A DNA stretch of 64,000 bases, taken from assembly GCA_030141605.1 (NCBI GenBank), contig JAQGDQ010001003.1:1-64000 (forward strand), given 5' to 3'. The position numbers were made by a program, and so were the translations under genes. The stretch is from Tubiluchus corallicola (taxonomy: Eukaryota; Animalia; Priapulida). Of the stretch, positions 49,066 through 61,349 are shown piece after piece (position 1 is the first letter of the stretch; every line of letters starts with the position of its first letter). The notes below the pieces were generated by a model. That model was not told where the DNA came from and searched no databases. It worked only from the letters and a program-made list of their open reading frames with translations.

Positions 49066-49872
49066 TATTATGTTTATGATAATAAAAACGCGAGGGCAGT
49101 TCGCAAACGAAAAATTTTTAGTCAGAGAAGTGAAAGAAAGATAATAGAAAGAAAGAAAAACTGCAGAGGCCTCGATGTTTAGGGCAATGTACTCAGATAC
49201 TCAAAGAGCAATCAAAATTGCTGGATGGGATATCAGTTATTGTGTCAAAGAGGGTTGTAGGTATAGAGTACTACGCAGCAGGAGGGAAGATTTTGTTCTA
49301 GTGTGATAGTAAGTCATGTTTGCAAAGTCACCACGTCACTCTTGAGTCACCACAGCTGCTGAGGCTGCTGATGTTATCAGATTCTTAAGAACTTTAAAGA
49401 AGCTTGTTAAGCACTCGAAAGAAGCCATTATTATGATTTCGCTTATTGGAATTCACTCAAAATGGGAGTGGGGGAAGGGGGAGGCTGAAAGAGGTGATTC
49501 AGACGAAATGTTGAAGAATAAAAAGTTCTCTTGTTAGATTGTAGGTGGCGCCATCGCGTCATGAACATAGATGTTGTTGCGTAGCGTTTTCCCCGGTCGA
49601 GTCCTTAGAAAGAAAAATATGTTGACGGCGCTGACGAGAGTGATAAGAGCAGTCACAGTGATGACGTCGGCAACTTGGCTGGGACGCCGTCACACTGGAT
49701 GAGAACGTGAACGTTGACCATAATGATAGCGACAGCGACATTTTTGTAGTTGTCAACGGGGTGTAACTTACCGCCAGAGTGATGCATTACTTTTCTTCCA
49801 ACCGTGATTCGTAATACGATAGTTCCTGCGTGAACTAGTGTTTTGTGTACCTCAAAATCGACTTTAAATAAA

Positions 49873-50540
49873 CTACTTACTTACTCACTCACTCACTTAC
49901 TTACTTGTATACTTACTGATTTGCTTACTTACTTACTTACATACATACATACTTACGTACTTGCTTACTTATATATTTACTGACTTGCTTACATATTTAC
50001 TTTCTTACATATATACTTACTTACATACTCGCGTACTTACTTACTTACGTATTTACTTATTTGCTTACTTACCTAAGTACTTATGTACTTCCTTACTTAT
50101 ATACTTACTGACTTGCTTACTTACTTACATACATACTTACGTACTTGCTTACTTATATATTTACTGACTTGCTTTTCCGTACTTACTTTCTTACATACAT
50201 ACTTACTTACGTACTCGCTTACTTACTTACTTACTTACTTACGTAATTACTTATTTGCTTACTTACGTACACACGTACTTGCTTACTTATATTATATATT
50301 TACTGACTTGCTTACGTACTTACTTTCTTACATATATACTTACTTACGTACTCGCTTACTTACTTACTTACTTACTTACGTAATTACTTATTTGCTTACT
50401 TACTTTTGTACATACGTACTTACTTACTTATATACTTACTGATTTACTTTCTTACATACATACTTACTTACTTCCTAAGTACTCACGTACTTACTTATTT
50501 ACTTTCTTTCTTATTGTCTTACGTATTTACTTACTAACTC
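49873..50540. repeat. Degenerate (TACT)n microsatellite
   Basis: Seen directly. Confidence 0.93.
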
Positions 50541-50949
50541 ACTGTACTAAAATTTGCACACGAAGAATTTTGTTAACTACTGTTAGCAGAAATAATATCC
50601 TTCTTAAATATTCCCTCTCCCCCCAATTATTGATACTTGGAAAAATTGCCTTGAAGTGCTTCTTTACAGTTGTTTGTGATGTCGGTTTAGCTGCGCAGTT
50701 AAGCTCGAACAGCTCGCTGTGCTTATTAGTAAACATTATGTTACGACTGTAGAGATATGGCAGCTCATGTTCACCTCATGTTGGTGGTGGAAAACCATGA
50801 ACAAGATTCTTACTGTATGTAATTCTCGTGATTGCACTGCTGGGAGACGTCCATAATGCATCTCCCAGGAGTCTGAAGGGTGAACGTTGTTATTACAGTA
50901 TTTCATAGTAAAGCAAAATGTATTATAGTAGACGTTAACGGGGTATGTA

Positions 50950-52690
50950 CCACGATGCACTTGGCTGATAAGAGTCATGGTTGAACAACTTTTTTTACTG
51001 TTTATGACTTCGTGCATTGTAGAATATCCCATGATGCACTTGGCTGAGAAGAGTCATGGTTGAACAATTTTTTTACTGTTTATGACTTCGTGCATTGTGG
51101 AATATCCCATGATGCACTTGGCTGAGAACAGTCGTGGTTGAACAACGTTTTTACTGTTGATAACTTCGTGCATTGTGGAATATCCCATGATGCACTTGGC
51201 TGAGAAGAGTCATGGTTGAACAACTTTTTTACTGTTTATGACTTCGTGCATTGTGGAATATCCCATGATGCACTTGGCTGAGAAGAGTCATGGTTGAACA
51301 ACTTTTTTACTGTTGATAACTTCGTGCAGTGTAGAATATCCATGATGCACTTGGCTGAGAACAGTCGTGGTTGAACAACGTTTTTACTGTTGATAACTTC
51401 GTGCATTGTGGAATATCCCACGATGCACTTGGCTGAGAAGAGTCATGGTTGAACAACTTTTTTACTGTTTATGACTTCGTGCATTGTGGAATATCCCATG
51501 ATGCACTTGGCTGAGAAGAGTCATGGTTGAACAACTTTTTTACTGTTGATAACTTCGTGCAGTGTAGAATATCCATGATGCACTTGGCTGAGAAGAGTCA
51601 TGGTTGAACAACTTCTTTACTGTTTATGACTTCGTGCAGTGTAGAATATCCCATGATGCACTTGGCTGAGAAGAGTCATGGTTGAACAACTTTTTTACTG
51701 TTTATGACTTCGTGCAGTGTAGAATATCCCATGATGCACTTGGCTGAGAAGAGTCATGGTTGAACAACTTTTTTACTGTTTATGACTTCGTGCAGTGTAG
51801 AATATCCATGATGCACTTGGCTGAGAAGAGTCATGGTTGAACAACTTTTTTACTGTTTATAACTTCATGCATTGTGGAATATCCCATGATGCACTTGGCT
51901 GAGAAGAGTCATGGTTGAACAACTTTTTTACTGTTGATAACTTCGTGCATTGTAGAATATCCATGATGCACTTGGCTGAGAAGAGTCATGGTTGAACAAC
52001 TTCTTTACTGTTTATGACTTCGTGCATTGTGGAATATCCCATGATGCACTTGGCTGAGAAGAGTCATGGTTGAACAACGTTTTTACTGTAGATAACTTTG
52101 TTTATTGTGGAATATCCCATGATGCACTTGGCTGAGAAGAGTCATGGTTGAACAACTTTTTTACTGTAGATAACTTCGTGCATTGTGGAATATCCCATGA
52201 TGCACTTGGCTGAGAAGAGTCATGGTTGAACAACTTTTTTACTGTTTATGACTTCGTGCATTGTAGAATATCCCATGATGCACTTGGCTGAGAAGAGTCA
52301 TGGTTGAACAACTTTTTTTACTGTTTATGACTTCGTGCATTGTAGAATATCCCATGATGCACTTGGCTGAGAAGAGTCATGGTTGAACAACTTTTTTTAC
52401 TGTTTATGACTTCGTGCATTGTGGAATATCCCATGATGCACTTGGCTGAGAAGAGTCATGGTTGAACAACTTTTTTTACTGTTTATGACTTCGTGCATTG
52501 TAGAATATCCCATGATGCACTTGGCTGAGAAGAGTCATAAAACAAACATTTTTTCTGTTATAACTTCGTGCATTGTGAATATCCCATGATGCACTTGGCT
52601 GAGAAGAGTCATGGTTGAACAACTTTTTTACTGTTTATGACTTCGTGCAGTGTAGAATATCCCATGATGCACTTGGCTGAGAAGAGTCAT
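50950..52690. repeat. 78-79-bp satellite, about 22 units
   Basis: catgatgcacttggctgagaagagtcatggttgaacaac...ttcgtgcattgt.gaatatcc. Confidence 0.97.
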
Positions 52691-53859
52691 GCGTTCTTAC
52701 GCACGAGCTGTCGAACGTGTGCAGTGCGTCGCAAACTAACACATCTGAACTGACATTGAACTACAACAAGTGTTTTTTTGTGTCCTATTTTACAGGCCCC
52801 ATTTTAACTATCGAATGACAAAATGATGAACATGAAAATGTGTTTGTGTGGTAATAATTCTTTCAAGTAAGTCATTTCTGAAAAAATAGCATGTTTCCTT
52901 TCAATATTTTACAGAGCAGATTGTTTTGACCTGCATTTTAAGATTGGGTCCGGTTTTGCTTTAAGAATTGAAGACCGAAACGATGTAAAAATGTATTCAA
53001 TTTTCTCATTTTTTTTAGGAAAGTTATAAAATGGCAGTTCCGTATAATACATATATTTATTAATTTTATTCCAGTACAAGTGCACGACATAATAATAACA
53101 ATAATGGCAGCTGACAATGGCTGCCATTTCTGTTGCCATCAACATCATTTCATGTATTCATCATCATCGTCATGTTTTTTTTGTAGACAGCAGGTGCTCG
53201 CTAAGCTGGACGTTTAGTTTGTGTGAGTGATGTTACTGAGTTCTCAAAGTTTATTAAGAAATTTTTGTATTTCAATAGTACAATCAAGAAAAGAGTACAA
53301 GTATTGTCGCTAAGTGGAAAAAAGTTGCAACCGTTTTACACTTACTAACTGCATAGAATTGGAAATACTTTGTTTTGTCAGCGATATAAATCTAGTGCAG
53401 AGGTCTGCCAACTCTTATAAAGTTATATCTGTCAGTAACAAAAATCAAGTTTTTATTGTGAATTGCACTCACAGATGGCAGCACCGTGTATTTGAAGAAT
53501 TTTCGAAGCCGGTACAGGCTGGCGTCTGCAGATTGTACTGTTAGTTGTCAGCTAACGAATCTAAACCTACTTGAATAAATCTTATGGGGGCTTCCAAGTT
53601 CTGTCTAGCACACCACCACATCATCAGCAGTAGCAATGAGAACACGCTGCCGTCCCACTGCTGTTAATCTGGCTAGTTGTTAAAAGATTATAACACACCA
53701 CAAACGGTTAGTTCTAGCAGCACATGTGTTTATAAAGCGCCGGACGCGTGTTCTAATTGACCGGATTTAGTAGTTTGTAAACTAGTCATTCAGGTTGATT
53801 GATAACAACAGATTAACAACAGACCCGTTTTCTGTTAGCAAGCATCTCTTTTGCCAATT

Positions 53860-54363
53860 AATGAATTATGAATTTATTCCACAGCAACTCAAACATACAT
53901 ATAAATTGATATAACATTGAAAAAAATAAATAAACTATGCGAGTTACTGTGAGGGAGGGGGAAGGAGCATTGAACTTTCGAGTCCTCCTCCAGATAAGTG
54001 AAGCAATTGACAATTAACATTACATTTTCATCAGTTATAGCATACATTAGAACAAAACAACTTTTGTTAGTAACTTAAAATCAGGATGAGTAAAATTGTG
54101 AGTTAATTATACCGTTGTAGTAGGTAATTCTTTGATGCTTTTTTAAATTGATAAAGATTAAGAGTTTTCATTTCATGCGGAATTGATGACCATAGTTTAA
54201 TAGCATTATATTTAGATGACTGTTTCATTATATTTGTTTTTGGAAGTTGGAGTACATAGTTTTCGATTGAATATCTTGTGTAATGATCATGTTGATTTGA
54301 AACTGGACTAAAGTATGACTGAAAAGCTGGTGGAAGTAGTGAATTATGATGATAATGTTTCAA
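53860..54363 (-). mobile_element. 5'-truncated LINE (Crack/Daphne/L2-like) ORF2 C-terminus plus 3' UTR
   Basis: ORF 54103-54363 HDHYTR...LPKTN...KYNAIKLWSSIP...FKK..KNYLL is the typical post-RT tail; aataaa plus a short repeat tail at about 53860. Confidence 0.8.
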
Positions 54364-55843
54364 ACGTTTCCTTATAAATTTATTCGGTCTTTATCCCTCT
54401 TCTGTACAAGCTACTCTAAGCTTTGCTGTATCAATTACCTTCTGCAGGAGTCATTTTCCCAACTAGCCTTTTCACAGTTGCCAGACAATGTTTTTGTGTA
54501 CACTTGACAACGCCTTGCAGCCCCTGCTATTGTTGTGCTACCTTCTTATAAAAAACTCCAACAACATAATTGTGTAATTGTATCGTTTAATCTGAAAACA
54601 AATAAGGTAATTTTATATAATTTTGCTCAATTTTACGGCGAAATCTAAACCAAATTGATCTAATTAACTTTAACAAACTTTAATGCAAATTATAAAATCT
54701 AATCTCTAGTCTTTTTAATAAACAAAGGTCCAAGATTTAAGAAATTAATAAATCAACTTACATGATGATCTTGTATAAGTGTAATTATGAAATTATAACA
54801 ACAAATCAATAAATGACGCTAAACAATCTGTCACTGCAGTGTGTGAACGCCTGAGTTACTCCAATCTACAGGTAAGTGTACAGGTAAAAGCCTGGTCACA
54901 TGACCTGTTTAAAAGGAAACCGGTTTATAACTGAAAAGAGGGGGCAACACAAGTTTAAATCGGCACAATTGTAATAGTAACAGTTTTAACACCTAGCTAG
55001 AACCTTACCTCGTTCATTTTTTCTTGTTCTCAAGTGAGATCCTGCTAGTAAATCACTCTACACACAGACTAGTGCATAATTAAGTAAAGTCCACAAGAAA
55101 CCACTGAAGTTACTGAACTGGTGCGGCAGACGGGTTTGTTTTACCCACACGTCACATGCCGATTGCAGTTGAGATGCATTGCTGTTGTACACTTAACTGT
55201 AGACCTACAGCAACTGCGCATGCGCATGACGAAACTATGAACAGGCTTATTGGGTTGGGTATTTGAGAAGTTTCTGTAGTTCATCTGTACGCATGCGCGT
55301 AGTTGCAAGTGCAGAATGCTTTGTAAAAAGTTTTCTGGGTCAGTTTTGCTGCTTGTGTGTAGTAGCTTCCCAATCTTTGGCTCTGAAGTAACACCGCTGA
55401 GTTTTTTCTTGTCTTTCAGAATTTTTTTAGTTTTGCTTTCTTTAGTTAGGCACCGTTTAGTTCTTCGATTTTTCCAGACCTTTTTTGTGTTCACCTGTCT
55501 TTATCAGTAATCACCTACAGTATATTAGTTTTTACAAATTTAATCCTAGCATCGTACAATTTACATTATTAATTTGGTTTTGAATTTTATTTAAAGTACT
55601 TATTTTGCAGTCATTCGCATCAGGTGCTGTAATGCACAGTATACATTAGAGAATATTTATTGAAAAACAGACATAACTTTTATGCATACTATTGTATAAT
55701 GTTATTATAATGTAATTAACTGCAATAACTGTAGCTATATTTCATATATCATGCATGTAGGGTATTTGTGTAAAAAATGCATTGTACTTCTGCAAATGAA
55801 GAATAGATTAGATTTATTATATACATATATATATATATATATA

Positions 55844-56567
55844 TAAGCACAAAATATCACAAAATAACACATAAGCACACAATATCATAAACAATGACAT
55901 AAGCACACAATATCATAAACAATAACACATAGGCACACAATATCATAAACAATAACATAAGCACACAATATCATAAACAATAACATAGCACAGAATATCA
56001 TAAACAATAACGTAAGCACACAATATCATAAACAATGACATAAGCACACAATATCATAAACAATGACATAGCACACAATATCATAAACAATGACATAGCA
56101 CACAATGTCATAAACAATGACATAGCACACAATATCATAAACAAAACCGTAAGCACACAATATCACAAACAGTAACCTAAGCACACAATATTACAAACAA
56201 TAACATAAGCACACAATATCATAAACAATAACATCACAAATTTCCGGATATTACACTGATGAAGACATAACATATATAAATAATATAAATAATAAATTGT
56301 TTATAATATATATATTACATTATTGTTTATGATATTGTGTGCTATGTTATTGTTTATGATATTGTGTGCTTATGTGTTATTTTGTGATATTTTGTGTTTA
56401 TATTATTGTTTATGATATTGTGTGCTATGTTATTGTTTATGATATTGTGTGCTATGTTATTGTTTATGATATTGTGTGCTTATGTCATTGTTTATGATAT
56501 TGTGTGCTTATGTCATTGTTTATGATATTGTGTGCTTATGTCATTGTTTATGATATTGTGTGCTTAC
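55844..56567. repeat. 28-bp minisatellite in two oppositely oriented arrays (55844-56235 and 56318-56567)
   Basis: aagcacacaatatcataaacaatgacat, then its reverse complement atgtcattgtttatgatattgtgtgctt. Confidence 0.95.
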
Positions 56568-57136
56568 CATGCATATTCTTAGGTGTAGTTTCTTGAGAAC
56601 AATAGTCATAGAATCTTTCCCATGAATAAGGAAAATAAAGGTTGACGGTCATTTGAAAGTCATAGCAGACTGAACTGTAATTGGAATTCATAATTAGCAT
56701 AATTATACTCCATTTAGTGGTAATTTTACACCGTTTAGTTGTAACTGAACAATGTGTAATGAATAAAAACTGTAGAATTTAGTTGTAACATTACTGTAAT
56801 TGCTTGGAATATTTATTATAGCTTTGCGGTGATCATAGTACTAGCTAGCTTTGCTTGTGTACTTCTGGTTTTATAGTACTTGACACAAAATACTCAAAAA
56901 TCTGTTGCAGACTTCAGTATTTCGAAGTGTTGACCATGCAACAGTCCAACGATGGACGCAAATGTTGTCACATTTTTGAATTTACCGGACCGTGTGCCAC
57001 TTTAGCATTTTCGTACGAAAATGATTTTAGAGGAGGTTGTGCACTTTCTTTGTAACCAAACTGAGTGAACGTTTTTGGTGTTAGCAGGCTATTAAAGAGA
57101 ACTGCTATTATTTATGTATATTTTTTCCCTTTGCAG

Positions 57137-57259
57137 AGCGGAGAATGGATACGGGTAAAGATCCACCAGATGGAGCCGGATATGCTGGAGGTGGGATCCA
57201 CTCTGGCACAAGCGATGGCGTTACGTGATCAACATGACGAGATGTTAGCAAAACTGCAG
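57137..57259 (+). CDS. CCDC141: CCDC141-like exon 2 (SGEWIRVKIHQMEPDMLEVGSTLAQAMALRDQHDEMLAKLQ), 123 bp, phase 0-0
   Basis: ttttttccctttgcAG / GTaacc; matches recalled human [41 protein letters not shown]. Confidence 0.9.
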
Positions 57260-57336
57260 GTAACCTGGCTCACCTTGTATGAACATTTTCACATCACACA
57301 TGCACACACGCATGCACACACATGTGCGTAATAAAA

Positions 57337-57379
<43 letters not shown>

Positions 57380-57926
57380 CGTGTGTGCATGCGTGTGTGG
57401 GTGCGCGTGCGGGTGCGCATGTATAGAAGCAAAACATTTGTTTCAGAGAGTCTTTTGGTACATGCAGCGTGACTAAAACACTTAGTAAAACTAGCATTTA
57501 TTGAATCCAAGTATGTCCATCGTGTTTGAACAAACTACTTCTTTTAAAAAAACCACAAAGATCTCATGTTTAGCAGAAAACTGTGTATATGTACAAAATT
57601 AGAAAGGAAAAAGGAAGGGGAATTGGAAATTGGAAATGGAAAACAAAGGGAAAAAAATATACTACAGTAGTACTCCATAGTACTACAGTAGACGGAACTA
57701 GAAGATATAATACTCAAAAAATGTGATAAAGTGGTAAGGAACTTTCCTTGAGCCCTAGATACATGATTTTTTTATTATGGGAAGAAGTGATGTACCACTT
57801 TATTTGGGAATGAGCGAGCAGCTTCAAACAAATATAAATACAGAATGTGGAAATAGGAAAGCCTTATACTAGACACCATGGGTAAGGAGAACTGTTCACT
57901 GATCAATGTGTGCTTGGTAATAGAAG

Positions 57927-58384
57927 TTAAAGCACAAGAAATCATCGTTCATTAATAAACCTTAAAAAACTCGTCTTGAAATTTTCTATTGCATACAGGG
58001 CTTGCGTTTGCAGTAACACTGTGCAAAACTTGCAAATTTGAACTTTCGCGATGACAGTTAGGTGCAGCCATTTTAACGGTAGGTCGTTTACATGACGCTG
58101 CCTAAAGTTTGAAAAATAACCGGAGCATCTGTTGCACACACTTCACCAACTAAGCAAGAAAAAAGTTCAAACTGCTTGATATTATCAATAAGATTAAAAG
58201 TTCATTAATAATGTGCACACTTAGGTGGCGATGCAGTGATGTTTTACCAGGTGATGCGAATATTTTAAATTAGGAATTTTCTTTTTCTAGTTACGTAAGT
58301 CTTTCAAACGGCTAAGCGTAATGCTAAAGTAATATAACTTTGTATGGGACGTTTCCCTTAAAGATTCCCTTTTCTTCCCCTTTG
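57927..58384. mobile_element. Diverged family K1 TTAA element
   Basis: TTAAagcacaagaa start; internal ttttaacggtaggtcgttt; cccttttctt end. Confidence 0.55.
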
Positions 58385-60063
58385 AGCAACACCGAGTTAG
58401 TGAATGACCTGGTGAATGACCACCGGTTAAATGGTTTCTTGGTACTGCCTCCAACTATATCTGTCATTGTTAGATGCACACGCAGTGAAGATACTTCTAT
58501 TGTTGCAGTATCTCAGCCTGAAAGATTTGGTTTAGTGCCTAAGCTTGAAAGATTGATTTTTACGATGAGCTACATTCCTGTCTTGCCACAAGATTTCAGT
58601 TTTATGCATGGGAGCTGTGTGCTGCATTCTTATCTTGCATTGAACCATATAAAAACAGTTTAGTAAGAATTGCCACTTCAGTGGGGAGAAGACCCCTTGA
58701 ATCACCGTTTCAAATACTTTAAAAAGCCGCAATGATATGGGAATTTGAACCTGCAGGAATGCTGTTGTTTTTGCAGTTGAAAGGTTTTCCATCTTGCTGT
58801 TTTCTCAGTACGTGTTGACAGATCCTATAAACCTTGTCAAGACCTCGGCTAGTGATTTTCATCTGAGCTTTTGGTAGGCGGAGCAAACTTAACATGTTTT
58901 TTCTTTACTAGTTGAAACTGGCAATATGGCATACCTTCAGGTTGTTAGAAGTTTTAAATTCTGCCCGACTTTTGGCAGCTTTTTGACGGAATGTCAGTTA
59001 AAATTCATTTGTTGACAATGTGAGAGTAGGCACATGTCTTAATGTAAAACAGTGTGACTGTTATATCTGTATATCTGTTGTCTGTATATCTTAACCTGTC
59101 TGTATGTCTGTGTCTTTGCTGTTTGGTCTCTTTGTCTGTCTGCACTTGTCTATTTAGATTCATCACAAAATTTTGTGAGTTACTTATGCAGTTACTTATC
59201 ATAATTAAGGCTTGATGCCAAGTTACTCAAAATTAAAGTTTTACATCTGACCCAGGCTTTGTGCTGTAGCATTTGAATTCGTTATAATTATGGGGTGAAT
59301 GAATAGCCAAGTGGTCACACAGGTCACCAAAGTTAAGCAATGCCAAAACTGGTCAGTGGATTAGTGGATGATTCTTTAGTAGATATGCTCACGGTGGTTT
59401 CATTCAGCGTAACGAGTTAACTGTTTACCTGAGGGAGCACATTCAGGTGCTTAACCTTGATGAGCTTAGCCTCAGGTTGAGCTAGGTACCAGTATTGCTA
59501 CAAGTGTGCATGCCACTTGAATGCTGGATTTCTGTTTTTAATGTGCCGTACTTTGCAAAGAACATATTTCAGGTTCTCTTTGAAATGACTTGGTCGTGCC
59601 ATTCAGTTTTGAAGCAATTCGTCCGAAATATTACACTGTGCTGGAATTACGTACCTTCATTTTTTACCACCCTGCATGCGTGTTGCATGTGGCGATGCTC
59701 AACTACTTGCTTTTTTGTGAGCACACAATTTTGTGACGGTGGTAGTTTTCAGGGCTCCATGCATTTAGAAATTAGGCATTTTTTCTTACAGGAATCTGCA
59801 AAGCTTCGGTAACCTCTTTCCTTGAAAACTGTGTTGTTTTAGTACGGTCACAGCTGTGTCATTTCTTCTTCATCAGAACTTGTCATCGATTTTGTTGAAG
59901 CATCTTCCTCATCCTGCTTGCCTATCTGCTGAATGAATACGCAACTGGTTTTTTTTTATCAGTGATTCTTTAAGTTCTGGTGTTAAGACGTAGCAATGAT
60001 TATCCTTCTGGTTGGTGAAATCCAATCTCAGGTTCTTGCCCTTGACTTGTGCGCAGTAATTTT

Positions 60064-60418
60064 TGTAGTGTAACCAGTGCTGCTGTAATGTAACCAGTGC
60101 TGCTGTAGTGTAACCAGTGCTGCTGTAGTGTAACCAGTGCTGCTGTAGTGTAACCAGTGCTGCTGTAGTGTAACCAGTGCTGCTGTAGTGTAACCAGTGC
60201 TGCTGTAGTGTAACCAGTGCTGCTGTAATGTAACCAGTGCTGCTGTAGTGTAACCAGTGCTGCTGTAGTGTAACCAGTGCTGCTGTAGTGTAACCAGTGC
60301 TGCTGTAATGTAACCAGTGCTGCTGTAGTGTAACCAGTGCTGCTGTAGTGTAACCAGTGCTGCTGTAGTGTAAACAGTGCTGCTGTAGTGTAACCAGTGC
60401 TGCTGTAGTGTAACCAGT
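60064..60418. repeat. 20-bp minisatellite (gtagtgtaaccagtgctgct), about 18 units
   Basis: Seen directly. Confidence 0.97.
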
Positions 60419-61349
60419 ATCTTTATTTAATCTTTATTTTAATCACCTTTTTTACAAGAAAAACACAGAGCATGAAACGATAATATGATACAAAGTGACA
60501 AAATTATTAAATGAATAAATTATCTGAGTTAATGATATTAAAATGATTGGTGAAAGGGTGGCGAAAAACTAAAAGTTACCAAAGTCAACCACCCTGTAAG
60601 TAATGTTGCTATTAGTAATTAATGATATGCGCAATTATCTTGACGAAGATTTCAGAATAAGGTGTGGTAAATGGAGCATAAAGTTTACATATGGAGCATA
60701 ACCAAGTTGCTTAAGTAAGTAAAGGAATGATGAGTGTACTAAGATAGAATTATTGAGATTTAGGTTTAAATTTGAACATACATATCAAAATCTGTGTTAT
60801 TCACAAACAAGATCGGTAGTAGCATATTATTGCTCTGCTTGTACTGTGTTATTACCAAGCACTCGGAATGGGAACAGCGGGTACTTTTTTTTAGAATTTT
60901 TATTGTTAAATTTAGTATGAGCTTACAAGTTTGCAATGATAATTTACACAGAAAGCATTAAATTAACACAGATTTTGACACAGAAAACAAACATTAACAT
61001 ATAATTTTTATTGAGACTACTGGTGTGCAAATATGCAACTTTCTCAATTTCTTATGGCAGTTTCCACTTTTTAAACCTGTGAGCACTTATTAGCCCATGG
61101 GTCATCCATCTAGATGGTGAGGACGGGTCAAGCATCTGCAAACTGTACAGGATGTACTCCTTTTGATGATCACAAATCGTGAGGTTTTTTGCTTATTGTG
61201 CAAGTCCAGAAAGCACCAATCTCTTGCTGCAGCTGCATGACAAGCCTTTGACTTTTGTCAATGTCGGGCCTTTTTTGTAAGAAGTTTCCAGAATTTAAAA
61301 ATGAAAATGAAATTTAGCAAATCCACAAATAACTGCTCAACCTGACCAA

